Of a DNA stretch of 64,000 nucleotides, positions 25,448 through 39,106 are shown one piece after another; position 1 is the stretch's first letter; the number at the start of each line of letters is the position of its first letter. The notes below the pieces were generated by a model, which saw only the letters and a list, made by a program, of their open reading frames with translations, ran no database searches and had not been told where the DNA came from. This DNA comes from Eledone cirrhosa. Its lineage: Eukaryota. The translations under genes were made by a program, and so were the position numbers. Where the stretch lies: the NCBI GenBank assembly GCA_964016885.1, contig OZ024741.1, positions 264,802,001 to 264,866,000 on the forward strand, in the 5' to 3' direction.

Positions 25448-26700
25448 TTAGGTTATTAAGTATAAAATGTCCAATTTCCTTAAGTACTAAGTTTGAGAGT
25501 TGCTATCTCTAACATTTCACCTCAAGAGTTCTTGGTTTTGTTTTATTGTGCAGGTACATTATCAGTTTTTCAAATACATGTTTTAGTTTGTGATTAGTCT
25601 TTTGAATTGTTTGTTCCAGATTAATTTTTGTAAACCCATGGATGTCAAAAATTGTGTTGTTTTTGAATACGAGTTTCATCATGGAACCAATGCATCAAAG
25701 ACAACTCAACGATGTGTTTGGTGAGGATGTGATTGATGAACACATAGTACGTCGATGGTTTGAGAAGTTTTGTTCTGGCAACTTTAATCTCGAAAATAAG
25801 CCACGTGGGAGAGCTGTGACCAAGGTGGATAATGATGAAATGAAAACTGTGGAAGCAGATACATCTCAAACTACACATGAATTAGCGACAAGGTTTGACG
25901 TTACCATTCCAACAATATTGATCCATTTGAAATAAATCAACAAGGTAAAGAACCTGAACCAATGGGTTCCACATGAATTGAATGAGCATCCGAAGAAAAT
26001 TTGCCTCAAAGAATGCTGTTCTTTGCTGACATGGCATAAAGGCGAATCATTTTTGCATCGTATTATATGGCTACTTTTCAACAATCACAAGCATTTGGCA
26101 TAATGGTGGGATAAAAATGAAATGTCAAACCACGGTCCAAAACAGAATATTCACCAAAAAAAGCTAATGGTGTCTGTTTGTTGATCCAGCGCTGGCATCA
26201 TCTACTACAGCTTTGTGAGACCCGGCCAATCGATTACAGCGGATGTATACTGGAACCAATTGGATGAAATGATGAGGGAGCTTGAGATTAAACAACCAAG
26301 ATTGGTCAATAGAGACAGGCCAATCCTCTTGCAAGAAAACACTAGACCATATATCGTACAAACAACACTGTTCAAACTACAAGAGCTGGACTTAGAAACT
26401 GTCTGTTACCCACCATATTCACCAGACTTTGCATCAACTGACTAACACATCTTTCAAGCATTGAACAAATTCTAGCCAGGAAAAAGCTTCAATTCTCAAG
26501 AAGCTGCGAAAATATCCTCCCGTGATTTCATTGCTTCTCGCCCTCTAAGCTTTTTTGCTGCCAGCATAAACAAGTTACCATTAAGATAGCAAAAGTGTGT
26601 TCATAGTTTAGGCGCATACTGTGATTAATTGGGCTGCTTCTTTTTTGAGATAAATTAAACTTTCATTTCAAAATCAGACATTTCATACTTAATGACCTGA
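25448..26700 (+). mobile_element. Full-length mariner transposon, 1253 bp
   Basis: TIRs ttaggttattaagtataaaatgtccaattt / aaaatcagacatttcatacttaatgacctga, with TA on each side (25446-25447, 26701-26702). Confidence 0.92.
25638..26628 (+). pseudogene. Mariner transposase pseudogene
   Basis: HTH VRRWFEKFCSGNFNLENKPRGR, WVPHEL, PPYSPDFASTD motifs; multiple stops and frameshifts. Confidence 0.92.
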
Positions 26701-27714
26701 TATAATAATTAACTACAACCTAGAAGAAGGTCCCACATGATAACTGCAGTATAACCACAGTAAAACCACAATATAACTGCAGTGTAGCCAGAGTCTTTAA
26801 ATAACTAACTACAGCCAAGGAGATGGTGCCACTTAATAACTATAGTATAACAACGATATAACCACAATATAACTGCAGTAGAGCCAAAGTCTTTAATATA
26901 ATAATAACTAACTACAGCCTAGAAGATAGTGTCACTTTATAACTGTAGTATAACCACAGTATAACTGCAGTATCAATTGACAAGATCCTAGACCTCATTC
27001 GCTTACTTGTCAGCTCAGACCAAGGAAATAATGTTTCCATTGCTGATACTATCTACTGGTTGCAACTCCTAGCAGAAGGGGCACATGAAATAAAATGTCT
27101 TGTTCAAGGACATAACACATCTCCTGGTCCGGGAATAAAACTCGCAACCACATGATTGCTAAGCCCTAATCCAGCCATCTTCACATAACCACAGTATAAC
27201 TGTAGTCTAATGTAATAATTGAAACCAATAAGAATGGACCTTCAGTGGTCATGATGAATGAGTGTTTCAATTGTTTGACCAATGGAACTGCCTGCTCATG
27301 AACTAAACTTGCAAGTGGCTGATCATTCCAAAGACACACACACCCTTAACATAGATCTGAGAGAGATGCAACCTGACACAGTGTGACATGGCTGGTCCCC
27401 TGAATTACATGTACAACTGATTGGACTGGAGCAAAATGAGATAAAGTGTCCAGGAATTGAACTCACAACCTTACAATCATGAACTGATCAGCCTAACCAC
27501 TAAGCCACGTACCTTCAGGCCGGGTGTTACCATACAAACTATCAACTAACCTAGTAAAAAATGATACCCAACAAGTCAGCCTCCATGTTATGAGGGAAAT
27601 TGCAAGAAAGAACAGCCAAATGACTCTCAAAATAAAAAGAAGATATTGTAATAACCTTAGATGGGATGGAATCCTAGAACTGACCAGTGAATAATGGACA
27701 GAAACCTGGTATCA

Positions 27715-28015
27715 AGTAGACCTGATCAGGGAATACTGGATAGGATATTAGAATCAGGGAATACTGGATAGGGTCCTAGAATTAGGTAGACTTGATCAGG
27801 GAATACTGGATAGGGTCCTAGAATTAGGTAGACTTGATCAGGGAATACTGGATAGGATCCTAGAATTAGGTAGACTTGATCAGGGAATACTGGATAGGAT
27901 CCTAGAATTAGGTAGACTTGATCAGGGAATATTGGATAGGATCCTAGAATTAGGTAGACTTGATCAGGGAATATTGGATAGGATCCTAGAATCAGGTAGA
28001 CTTGATCAAGGAATA
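27715..28015. repeat. 42-bp minisatellite, ~7 copies
   Basis: Unit gatcagggaatactggatagg(g/a)tcctagaattaggtagactt. Confidence 0.92.
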
Positions 28016-28109
28016 AAAAAGTCAGATGTTAATATACGACATAGATTCACCATCTGGTTTATGAAGTGTTAAAAAAAAACAGTAAAATTTATATTTTTTT
28101 GATAACCTG

Positions 28110-28147
<38 letters not shown>

Positions 28148-28551
28148 TTTGGTTAGTACACTGAGAATAGTTAGCTCGCGTATACATTCAAACTGTATCC
28201 TATTGAGTGAGTAATTGTGAACAACCGAGATTACGTAAAATATATTTCCTATAGTCTCAGTAACTAAACTGTATATACACATACACCTAATGTGTGTATT
28301 AAACAAGGGAGAAAACTCTTACAGTAGATGGCGTACGATGTTAGAGTAGCTGATACTTACTAAGCTAGAAATTAAGGAAATTGTTACTATTATTATCGAC
28401 ATCGCTATTACACCATTATCGCTATCACTATATACAATAGTTAAATTAAACCAACGAGTGACCCTCTATCTAGCTATTTGACCCTCTATAAATAATAATC
28501 AAATATTCCTCCAATCATATATCTTAATTAAGTGAAGGATATATTTGATAA

Positions 28552-28598
<47 letters not shown>

Positions 28599-29307
28599 TA
28601 TGGAATATCTTTGATCAAAGTATTGATTGATCAAGGTTGACCTGGGGCTAAATAGCTACAGACATAACAGTCGGCTCGATAAGGGACTGGAATGCAAGCC
28701 CCAAGTTCATATTCTGAAGAGTGTACTGCATTCTGTCTTCGAATAATTCACTAAAATATTTTAAATCTCCACCAGAAAAAAAATTAATTAATTTAATATA
28801 ATATAGGAATGTCAATGGAAAGATCAATGGAAACATTGTCCAATTTGATGAGTTCCGCCCAAGAAAATGAGATTTGGGATTTAATTTTTCTATTCCTATA
28901 TACAACTGTCTTGATATTTTTACAATATTTTGATGTCTTAGTCTTAAATACAGTAACTCCCTCAATACCCTATATTCACTAATGCCAGCAATCATCTTCA
29001 TCACTTTAACATCCATCAGTTTCCTCATGCCTTACTCTTTACCTTAACAAATATGTTACATCATTATATGTATATATGCCAAACCCAACAATATTTGGCA
29101 AAAAACAAAATTCGTTTACACTTTAGGAAAAATGGAGGGAATGAGTTTTCTTTTTATAAAAATACTCTTTTAAAAGACAATAATAAACTTCCCAATTACT
29201 TCTTTCTCCCTTTTATATTTCTCACAAGAAATTATTTCTTTCATTGGTATCTCCTGCAAGCCATCTCTCCTCCCTAATTAGATTTGTTTGCAGTGGTTAT
29301 TCTAGAC

Positions 29308-29472
29308 CAGGCATGGGCAACCGCTTTCGAGCTGTTGGACCACATAGGATATGGCTCATCATAAGGCAGGCTGCACTATTAAAAAATTAAATGGAAATTT
29401 TGAAATTAGGCGTGCCATTCAAAAGCCAAATGGGCCGCATGTGGCTCATGTGCTGCAGTTTTCCCATGACTG
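29308..29472. mobile_element. hAT MITE
   Basis: TIR caggcatgggcaac / gttttcccatgactg; perfect 8-bp TSD ttctagac (29300-29307, 29473-29480). Confidence 0.88.
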
Positions 29473-30013
29473 TTCTAGACATAGAAGATAAAAATTCAAA
29501 CCATCATCATTTAACATCCATTTCCCATGCTAGCATGGGTTGGACGAATTGTCCCCTTGTGAGACAAGTCATACAGAACTGGTTCTAGCTTGGGATCTAC
29601 GGCTGAATGTCCTTCCTAACAATAACCACATATACATCATGGACTGGATGTTTTTTTAGCATGGCACCAAAATGACTAAATGACTGAAATCACTGCTTTT
29701 ACATCCATTTTTCCATGCTGGCATGAGTCAGACAAAGGTTGGGCCTATCCTAGTTTTATGATGTGACAAGGGTTCAAGACTACTGTCCCCTAGATAAGAC
29801 ACCAGATTGTTGAGGGCTAACCTCTAGCTACTGCAGGTACTCTCTTTTTAGATACAATTATTTGAAGGAAAACATTATTCTAATTTTGAAGTTTATCAAT
29901 AAAATGCACATCTCACAGCAAGGAAATATATCAATATATACATAAAAATCTGTCACACACACATTCAAAAACAATTTTTTTTTTAAATATACCCTACATG
30001 GGTACAATTTAAA

Positions 30014-30412
30014 GAAAAGAAGTTGAAAATGCAATTGGTGTCTTTAAGAAGGTTTATTTATAAGAAGTTAAAGTTATAAGTTATTGTAAAGTTATAAGTT
30101 ATTTATAAGGTAAAGTTATAAGTTATTTATAAGGTAAAGTTATAAGTTATTTATAAGGTAAAGTTATAAGTTATTTATAAGGTAAAGTTATAAGTTATTG
30201 TAAAGTTAAAGTTATAAGTTATTTATAAGGTAAAGTTATAAGTTATTTATAAGGTAAAGTTATAAGTTATTTATAAGGTAAAGTTATAAGTTATTTATAA
30301 GGTAAAGTTATAAGTTATTTATAAGGTAAAGTTATAAGTTATTTATAAGGTAAAGTTATAAGTTATTGTAAATACACCTTAAAGACACCAATTGCATTTT
30401 CAACTTCTTTTT
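30014..30412. repeat. 35-bp inverted repeat enclosing a 24-bp tandem array
   Basis: Arms 30014-30048 / 30378-30412; about 12 units of taaagttataagttatttataagg between them. Confidence 0.85.
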
Positions 30413-30813
30413 CATATATATAAATAAACACTTACCCTATGGTAAAGTTATTGTAACCATTAAAAATACACTATATTCACTTTTAATTTATTATTGTGTA
30501 CTACTACTAATATTATGAGTATCAGTAGTAGTAGTATTACGAAAGTGAACATCAAATCACTTACCAAAAAAATGTAACTAAAGAACATACACACACACAC
30601 ATACTAACACACGCAAACACATGTGCACACGCAAACACATGTGCACACACAAACAAACACACACACAAGAGAGTATTGCAAAAAAAAAAAAAAGAAAAAA
30701 AATTTAATTAATTAGAAACAAAGCTTTAAAAACTGGAGAAAGAAAATTAATTGACACAAAAAAAAATTCTTTTCTTACAAAAGAAAAAAATAAAGAAAGA
30801 GAAAAAGATGTTC

Positions 30814-30956
30814 TTAAATGACAACTTCTTCGTTGTCAATCAATGGAACATGATTATTCTGAGTCGCCTGACGTTTCCAAATAATGAAAGCTACCAATAT
30901 AATGATAGCTAGAAGGGCTGCAGCACCAACAGATAATCCTGTGATTAGGGTAGAGT
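30814..30956 (-). CDS. Membrane-protein gene, coding exon 10 (TM helix, cytoplasmic tail, stop)
   Basis: Acceptor tgtcttccag; phase 1: (N)STLITGLSVGAAALLAIIILVAFIIWKRQATQNNHVPLIDNEEVVI*. Confidence 0.85.
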
Positions 30957-31252
30957 CTGGAAGACAAAGATATTATATGAAATATATGGGGGAAAAAAAA
31001 AAAGAGAGGAGGAAAACAGGTAGAAGATAAACAGGTATTGTAAGGTGTTGTCGTTGTCACCATTATTTTCATCGTCAACATTATCATCGCTCTCACCGCC
31101 GTCATTGTCATTATCATTGTTTTAACGTCCAATTTTACTGTCTTTTTTCCTAACTTTTCAACATTACTCTACGTAATATACATGCACTTTTGCCTACCTT
31201 TTCTCTTTTTTGCAATGAAAATATATTAATATAATCTTTATATAGCCTAAAG

Positions 31253-31593
31253 CAGCAGTCGCAAACCTTTTGGACCACATGCATCACTAATATGAATTTT
31301 TTTAAAAAGATAAATACATTTGTAAAATAATGATCAGAGAACTTCCATTTTATTAAACAATACTGAAGTGTACGTATGTCATATTGTCGATAGATGATAC
31401 ATATGTGTAAAATTCTTTCATGGATGTTAGTTCTTTACTGAGGAGAAACATTTTTTAGGGGTGTTATAAAATATATTTTAACCAAATATTATTTTTGTTT
31501 TATTGTTAATAAAACATAAAAATTGTAAATAATGTCCAAATTTTTCTGCGGACCACCAACATTTTCTCTCGGACCACCGGTTGTTTACTGCTG
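31253..31593. mobile_element. hAT (Charlie-like) MITE
   Basis: TIR cagcagtcgcaaacc / ggttgtttactgctg; 8-bp TSD gcctaaag / gtctaaag. Confidence 0.8.
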
Positions 31594-32905
31594 GTCTAAA
31601 GTAAGTAATGTGGTATGGTAAATAAATATATACATATACACCAGGTCCGAACACAAAGGCCCCAAACTTCCACTGTCATTGCCTCCGTCTCTCCCACTCT
31701 GCCCATCTCTCACTATTATGAGCAAATGGAGGCCCACGCGCTGGCCACCCCGCAGTCCCCGCGGACAGAATAGAGAAGATCTTTCCCAGGAGGATGGTGA
31801 GGGAGTCGCACTGGAAGAGCCATTCCAGCTCACGATGCTCAGACCTGCGGGTAGCCAAATCTTTTGGAGAGCAACTGATGAGCTGTAGTGCACCTGAACA
31901 CTGTACACTATAATTTTCATTATTATTATGCTTTGCATCATTATTACAGCCCTTTATGCTCTGAGTTCAAATCCCGCTGAGCTTAGCTTTGCCTTTCATC
32001 CTTACGAGGTCAATAAAATAAAGTACCACTCATGCACTGGGGTAGATTTAATTGAGTTTCCTCTCCTCCCAAAATTGTTGGCCTTGTGCCTAAATCAGAA
32101 ACCCTTATTATTATTTCCCTGCTAGCAAGGTTTGGACAGATCCATACAGACCACACAGAGGGGCCATTGATCTCTCAGGCATGTCAGGGATCTGCATCTT
32201 ACTTATGTATGGTCTTTAAGTGTGGGAATATTTAAGTCTTTAGAAGAGGGGTGGGCGTGTTGGAATAGTACAAATCAGTGAAATAAGTAAAATTGTGTGA
32301 AGAAATGCCAGGAAATCCCAGCGGGGGTTGTAAAGCAAGGAAGACCTGGGAGGAGGTGGTGAGAGCTGATCTCAAATCATTGAAACTCACAGAAGAATCA
32401 TGTTGTGGTGGTAATCTGTGTGACAAATTAAGTCTACCACTCAAAGGCCATGTAGTGGTGTTAAACTCGACACAGGATTAAGTCTACCAGCCAAGGACCA
32501 TGTGGTGGTGTCAAAGTTGATATTACCACTGAAGGACCATGTGGTGGTGTTAAACTTGACATTACCACTCAAGGACCATGTGGTAGTATTAAACTTGATA
32601 TTTCCACCCAAGGACTGCGTGATGGTGTTAAACTTGATACTAAATGAAGTCTCCCACTCAAGGACCATGTGGATTAAGTCTACTACACACGTAGGCCATA
32701 GCAATATATTAATACAGAATGCAAGGAGGTGGAACAAATAAACATGAGAATGAGAAAAAAAGAAATAAACAAACAAAAGAAGCTGATGAGCCGATGAAAT
32801 TTACTGATCCTAGAAACAGGGGGAGGTGAGGAAAACCATTCTAAGTGTCAGAGTGAACGGGAGAAGAGAGAAGCTAATGTCATCTTGTTGATAATGTTTC
32901 ATTAA

Positions 32906-33291
32906 CCCTTTAGCATTTACATTATTCTATGGTGGATTAGCAGTATCAGTAGAGAGTCGGACGCCATGTTTCCCAGCATAGTTACGTCCCTTTACAGACT
33001 GAGTTCAAATCCTGCCGAGGTTAACTTTGCCTTTCATCCTTTTGGGGTCGATAAAATAAAGTACCAGTAATGTACTGGGTATTTGCTGGCCTTGTGCCAA
33101 AAGTAGAAACAATTATTCTATATTTACTATTGTATTTTCACAATAAACGCTTTATTTCAAATCTATGAGATCTTGATAATTATTTTGAGAACAATACCTT
33201 AACATAAATATGAGTAGCTGGTTACAGCCAGTTTGAACAGAAAGAGGTGAGAGGATTCTGGCCAGAGATGGCCAGTTTAAATGCTATAGGG
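32906..33291. mobile_element. piggyBac MITE carrying a nested family 1 SINE (32931-33111)
   Basis: TTAA|ccctttagcattta ... taaatgctataggg|TTAA. The SINE is flanked by a 10-bp TSD attattctat; an empty copy is at 48643-48861. Confidence 0.88.
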
Positions 33292-33692
33292 TTAAAACAG
33301 CTTAAATACTACTTGCACTGATCCCAAATAATAGGGGTGATGGAAAATCGGTAATTTTTCTAGTTTGTCTCCTTTGATTTCTTTTAAAAACCAGAATTAT
33401 TTGTTTAGTTTACATATCTAGATCCCCAACCCCTCCTATTTATTTTATAAAATATGGGATTTTTTGTAATGGTGTTTTTGTTTTGTTGCATATAATGTTT
33501 GTTAATGTCTAAAGCAATTTTCGAGACCTCAGAGCATACAAATATCTAGCAGAGAAAACTATGTTGTTCCTCTGTAGAGTCAGTTGTTACCTGAAAGTCT
33601 TTGGAGGATGTAGGAGATGTGGTCAGAGAAAATAGAAAGACATAGTATTCACTGACATCATCATCATCATACTCAGTTTTACATGTTTCTTG

Positions 33693-34128
33693 ATGTTAGC
33701 ATAGGTTGGGCAAAGGCCAGAGCTTATCCCAGTTTCAGGTGGTGTTAAACAACAAATGAGAGTACTAGATGTTAGCATAGGTTGGGCAAAGGCTAGGGCT
33801 TATCCCAGTTTCAGGTGGTGTTAAACAACAAATGAGAGTACTAGATGTTAGCATAGGTTGGGCAAAGGCTAGGGCTTATCCCAGTTTCAGGTGGTGTTAA
33901 ACAACAAATGAGAGTACTAGATGTTAGCATAGGTTGGGCAAAGGCTAGGGCTTATCCCAGTTTCAGGTGGTGTTAAACAACAAATGAGAGTACTAGATGT
34001 TAGTATAGGTTGGGCAAAGGCTAGGGCTTATCCCAGTTTCAGGTGGTGTTAAACAACAAATGAGAGTACTAGATGTTAGCATAGGTTGGGCAAAGGCCAG
34101 AGCTTATCCCAGTTTTATGTGGTGTTTA
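33693..34128. repeat. 76-bp tandem repeat, ~6 copies, plus a detached copy near 34230-34320
   Basis: atgttagc anchors at 33693, 33769, 33845, 33921, 33997 and 34073. Confidence 0.92.
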
Positions 34129-35159
34129 CCTTTACGACGCTGATTTTTTTAAATGAATTGCCTCCCTTGACACTGTATTATGTATTAAGGGGAGATTATC
34201 GGCAACTTATGTCGCCGACAGTGCCATGAATGTTAAACAACAAATGAGAGTACAAGATGTTAACATAGGTTGGGCAAAGACCAGGGCTTATCCCAGTTTC
34301 AATGTGGTGTTAAATAACAAATGAAAGTAGAAGATGAGAAGATGGGATTTCAGTTTATTGCTAACGTAATCCCCAACTACTGTGGTGCTACTAATTTTCA
34401 GTTGAGTGGACTGGAATAATGTTAAATAAAGTGCCTGGCTCAAGGAAACAATGTGCTGCCTGGTCTGAGGATCAAACGTTCAACTATACAATTGAGAGAC
34501 CAACACCCTAACAACTAGGCTACATGAATCATCATCACCGTTTAACATCCATTTTCCCATGCTAGCATGGGTTATATGAATTGTCCAGTTGTGAGCAAGT
34601 TTGATCAGGTGACCATGTCTTGTTCATACAAGACTGTTTCTGACTTAGTTTCTATGGCTGGATGCCCTTCCTAATGCCAACCACATTTCCACGTTTACAG
34701 TGTGGACTGGGTGCTTTTTATCGCGACTCCAAAACAACCACCTTAGAGCGTGAACCAGGTGATTTTTGTTATGTCACCGACATGACCACTTTACAGGGTA
34801 TACTGGGTGCTTTTTGTCCAATCACCATCATGACAACTTTACAGCGTGGACTGGGTGCTTCTTATTATGTCATGTCACCAACACAATCAATTTACAGGGT
34901 GGGCTAGGAGCTCTTTCATGATCATGAGCATCTCACCTGGTGGACTAGGGGCTTTTGCTGTGTCACCTGCATGACCACTTTAGAGGGTGGACTGGGAACT
35001 TTTGTCATTGTGGCAGCATTATGCAGGGAGGAAGGGGGGGAGGCAAATTTGGAACATGCCCTACATTCCATGCTTGTATGTAGGGGTTGAGTATGATCAG
35101 AGAAGTACCATAGTATTAACATAACAAAACTACTGAATAACAATTTATAAATTGTAAAA

Positions 35160-35346
35160 AATAATTGTTTCTACTTTTGGCACAAGGCCAGCAATTATCC
35201 CAGTGCATTATTACTACTTTATTTTATCGACCTCGTAAGGATGAAAGGACCCTCGGCGGGATTTGAACTCGGAATCCTAAAGGGCCGTAACTATGCTGCA
35301 AAGCATGGCGTCCGACCCTCTTCAGATACTGCCAATCCACCGCCCT
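35160..35346 (-). mobile_element. Family 1 SINE
   Basis: Reverse complement of the copy at 46183-46375. Confidence 0.8.
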
Positions 35347-35428
35347 AAAATTGTAAAAAATAATAGTCACGTACATATTTTACATGGATAAATACAAAAA
35401 CAAGAAAAGAAGAAACAGTTCTACTTAC

Positions 35429-35446
35429 TAGATTTGGAGTTAGCAC
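35429..35446 (-). CDS. Membrane-protein gene, coding exon 9 (18-nt microexon)
   Basis: atattttag|GTGCTAACTCCAAATCTA|gtaagt; phase 1-1; (S)ANSKS. Confidence 0.7.
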
Positions 35447-35574
35447 CTAAAATATAAATTAAAAAATATATTTAACAGCTTAGCAACAGTATAACTCTGG
35501 TGACAGTATTTAAAAACAAGACGTCAATCCTTTAGCATTTACATTACTCTATATTTACTGTTGTATTTTGTACT

Positions 35575-36098
35575 TTAACTGAGACATGGTGCACTCTACA
35601 TGTAAATGGAGTTCCACTGAAGCAGGTAGATAAGTTCAAGTATCTCGGGCTGTGTTCTCGAGTGATGGAAGGCAGGAGGCTGAATTAAGTGCAAGAATTG
35701 AAGGAGCTGGTGTAGCAATGCTTCAGCATTCAGTAACCAGAAGAAGGGAAGTAGATGTAAAAGCCAAACTCGCTATCTTCAATTCAGTATTCGTGCCAAC
35801 CCTTACCTATGGTCATGAATCTTGTGTAATGACCGAAAGAATATGATCACTAATACAAGCAGCTGAAATGGGATTCCTCCGAAGGGTCTTTGGAATAACG
35901 TTACTTGATAGAGTGCGAAGAGGCAGGAGACCAAGGGGTCGACCTCAAGCAAGATGGTTGGATAAGATCCACGGGCTTGGCCGGTGTCACTTGGGGATCC
36001 AGCCGGATCAGTTGGAGACGGTTGCTTCTGACTGGAAGGGGTGCTTGAAGACTCTTCCCCAACGACCCTCCCAAGAGTAAGTGGGCAAAGAAGAAGAA
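35575..36098 (+). mobile_element. RTE LINE 3' fragment inserted in a piggyBac MITE (~35527-36305)
   Basis: VNGVPLKQVDKFKYLG, IFNSVFVPTLTYGHE and GRRPRGRPQARWLD motifs; (aag)n tail; ~40-bp duplication 35530-35569 / 36101-36140. Confidence 0.85.
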
Positions 36099-36349
36099 CT
36101 CTTTAGTATTTAGATTACTCTATATTTACTATTATATTTTCATGGTAAATACTTATCCTAAATTATATTGAATCTACAAGATTTTGATATTATTTATTTT
36201 GAGAACAATACCTTAACATAAGTATGAGCAACTGGTTACGGCCAATTTGAACAGAAAAAGGTGAAAGAATTCTGGTCGGATATGGCTGGTTTAAATGCTA
36301 AAGGGTTAATCCAATTAATACATATAAAAAAATTTAATAAAATACTTGC

Positions 36350-36436
36350 TTTTGTCTGTTGAAGTGCCAATGTTTGCTGCCAAATAGTACGCACTTTCAT
36401 TGTGTGGCTGTGGCGTTGAAATACGTTTGAGGTGAG
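36350..36436 (-). CDS. Membrane-protein gene, coding exon 8 (GC donor)
   Basis: ttctctctag|...GACAAAA|gcaagt; phase 1-1; (A)HLKRISTPQPHNESAYYLAANIGTSTDK. Confidence 0.65.
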
Positions 36437-36683
36437 CTAGAGAGAAAAAAGAAATAAAATGTGTGATTATTGGAGTTTTGTAAATAAAAATACATCAAAA
36501 AAGAGAATATCAAATATGACTAACTACACTAACTTCAAAATAGAACATGCATAAAAGGATTTATTACACTAAAACACCCCTTCGCATTCATAGGAGGGAG
36601 TTTAGAATAGGGTTCTAGGCATTTTTCATGATAAAAGAGTGAAATGGCAAGAATCGTTGTTTCACCAATTTGTTTTTACTTAC

Positions 36684-36701
36684 CGTGTTTGGGCTTAGCA
36701 C
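36684..36701 (-). CDS. Membrane-protein gene, coding exon 7 (18-nt microexon)
   Basis: atgttttag|GTGCTAAGCCCAAACACG|gtaagt; phase 1-1; (G)AKPKH. Confidence 0.7.
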
Positions 36702-36889
36702 CTAAAACATAAATAAAAAATATATATTTAATATAAGAAAATAGATTAAAATAACTGCATTTAGACAAAAAGGGATAAATTGTACATTCTGATAAATGTA
36801 TCATTTAGTAAATAAAGCATTGACGAGGAACGGAAACCAGTAGCAATTCAATTTTGTTACGATACCCTCTGGGGTATATGGCAATTCCA

Positions 36890-39070
36890 CTGACAAGGTA
36901 CATCTGAGCCCTAAATTAGGGTACCATTCTGGTATAGGACAATTAGGGTATCACCATAGTATAGAATTACAATGACAAGGTACATCACAGAACCCTAAAG
37001 TAAGGTACCACTATAGTATAGTAAAATTACAATAACCAGGTACATCACAGAGCCCTAAATTAAGGTACCACTATAGTATAGTAGATTATAATAACCACAC
37101 TGTAAACGTGGTTGGTGTTAGGAAGGGCATCCAGCTGTAGAAAACCCACCAGACAGTCATGAGCAAGACAACCAATCTTGCCTCAAGTGGGACAATTCCT
37201 GTCCAGACCCATGCTAGCGTGGAAGATGGACGTTAAACGATGATGATGATGATGAGGTACCACTATAGTATAGTAAATTACAATAACCAGGTACATGACA
37301 GAACCCTAAAGTAGGGTACCACTATAGTATAGTAGATTACAATAACCGGGTACATCACAGAACCCTAAATTAGGGTACCACTATAGTATAGTAAATTACA
37401 ATGACAAGGTACATCACAGAACCCTAAATTAGGGTACCACTATAGTATAGTAAATTACAATAACCAGGTACATCACAGAACCCTAAATTAGAGTACCACT
37501 ATAATATAGTAAATTACAATGACAAGGTACATCACAGAACCCTAAAGTAAGGTACCACTATAGTATAGTAAATTACAATGACAAGGTACATCACAGAACC
37601 CTAAATTAGGGTACCTCTATAGTATAGTAAATTACAATGACAAGGTACATCACAGAACCCTAAAGTAAGGTACCACTATAGTATAGTAAATTACAATAAC
37701 CAGGTACATCACAGAACAATAAATTAGGGTACCACTATAGTATAGTAAATTACAATGACAAGGTACATCACAGAACCCTAAAGTAAGGTACCACTATAGT
37801 ATAGTAAATTACAATGACCAGGTACATCACAGAACCCTAAAGTAAGGTACCACTATAGTATAGTAAATTACAATAACCAGGTACATCACAGAACCCTAAA
37901 GTAAGGTACCACTATAGTATAGTAAATTACAATAACCAGGTACATCACAGAACAATAAATTAGGGTACCACTATAGTATAGTAAATTACAATGACAAGGT
38001 ACATCACAGAACCCTAAAGTAAGGTACCACTATAGTATAGTAAATTACAATAACCAGGTACATCACAGAACCCTAAAGTAAGGTACCACTATAGTATAGT
38101 AAATTACAATAACCAGGTACATCACAGAACCCTAAAGTAAGGTACCACTATAGTATAGTAAATTACAATGACAAGGTACATCACAGAACAATAAATTAGG
38201 GTACCACTATAGTATAGTAAATTACAATGACCAGGTACATCACAGAACCCTAAAGTAAGGTACCACTATAGTATAGTAAATTACAATAACCAGGTACATC
38301 ACAGAATAAATTAGGGTACCACTATAGTAAATTACAATGACCAGGTACATCACAGAACCCTAAAGTAAGGTACCACTATAGTATAGTAAATTACAATAAC
38401 CAGGTACATCACAGAACCCTAAAGTAAGGTACCACTATAGTATAGTAGATTACAATAACCAGGTACATCACAGAACCCTAAAGTAAGGTACCACTATAGT
38501 ATAGTAAATTTCAATGACCAGGTACATCACAGAACCCTAAAGTAGGGTACCACTATAGTATAGTAGATTACAATAACCAGGTACATCACAGAACCCTAAA
38601 TTAAGGTACCACTATAGTATAGTAAATTACAATGACAAGGTACATCACAGAACCCTAAAGTAAGGTACCACTATAGTATAGTAGATTACAATAACCAGGT
38701 ACATCACAGAACCCTAAAGTAATGTACCGCTATAGTATAGTAAATTACAATAACCAGGTACATCACAGAACCCTAAAGTAAGGTACCACTATAGTATAGT
38801 AAATTACAATAACCAGGTACATCACAGAACCCTAAATTAGGGTACCACTATAGTATAGTAGATTACAATGACAAGGTCGATCACAGAACCCTAAAGTAAG
38901 GTACCACTATAGTATAGTAAATTATAATGACCAGGTACATAACAGAACCCTAAAATAAGGTACCACTGTGGTAAAGGACAATTAGGGTAGGGTACCACTG
39001 TGGAATTTGATCATTACACTGACCAGGTACATCACAGAACCCTAAATTAGGGTTCCAGTGTAGTATAGGA
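36890..39070. repeat. 59-bp intronic minisatellite, roughly 34 copies, interrupted by a SINE 3' fragment (~37098-37255)
   Basis: Unit ggtacatcacagaaccctaaagtaaggtaccactatagtatagtaaattacaat(g/a)ac(a/c)a; period 59 (37408, 37467). Confidence 0.95.
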
Positions 39071-39106
39071 CAATAGAACAGATAGAACAGAATCAATTTT
39101 ACTAAC

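Noticed and set aside
30565-30577. Possible 13-nt microexon (tag|...|gtaagt on -)
   Set aside because: It lies downstream of the stop codon and would shift frame; no support.
32783-32806. CTGATGAGccgatGAAA hammerhead-like motif
   Set aside because: No credible stem II or stem I; probably chance.
33540-33655. Possible extra exon of the membrane-protein gene
   Set aside because: The phase 1 reading from the stronger acceptor hits TGA within four codons, and the model is complete without it.
36890-39070. CRISPR-like or telomere-like (ccctaa) array
   Set aside because: Units are contiguous with no unique spacers, the context is eukaryotic, and ccctaa occurs once per 59-bp unit.
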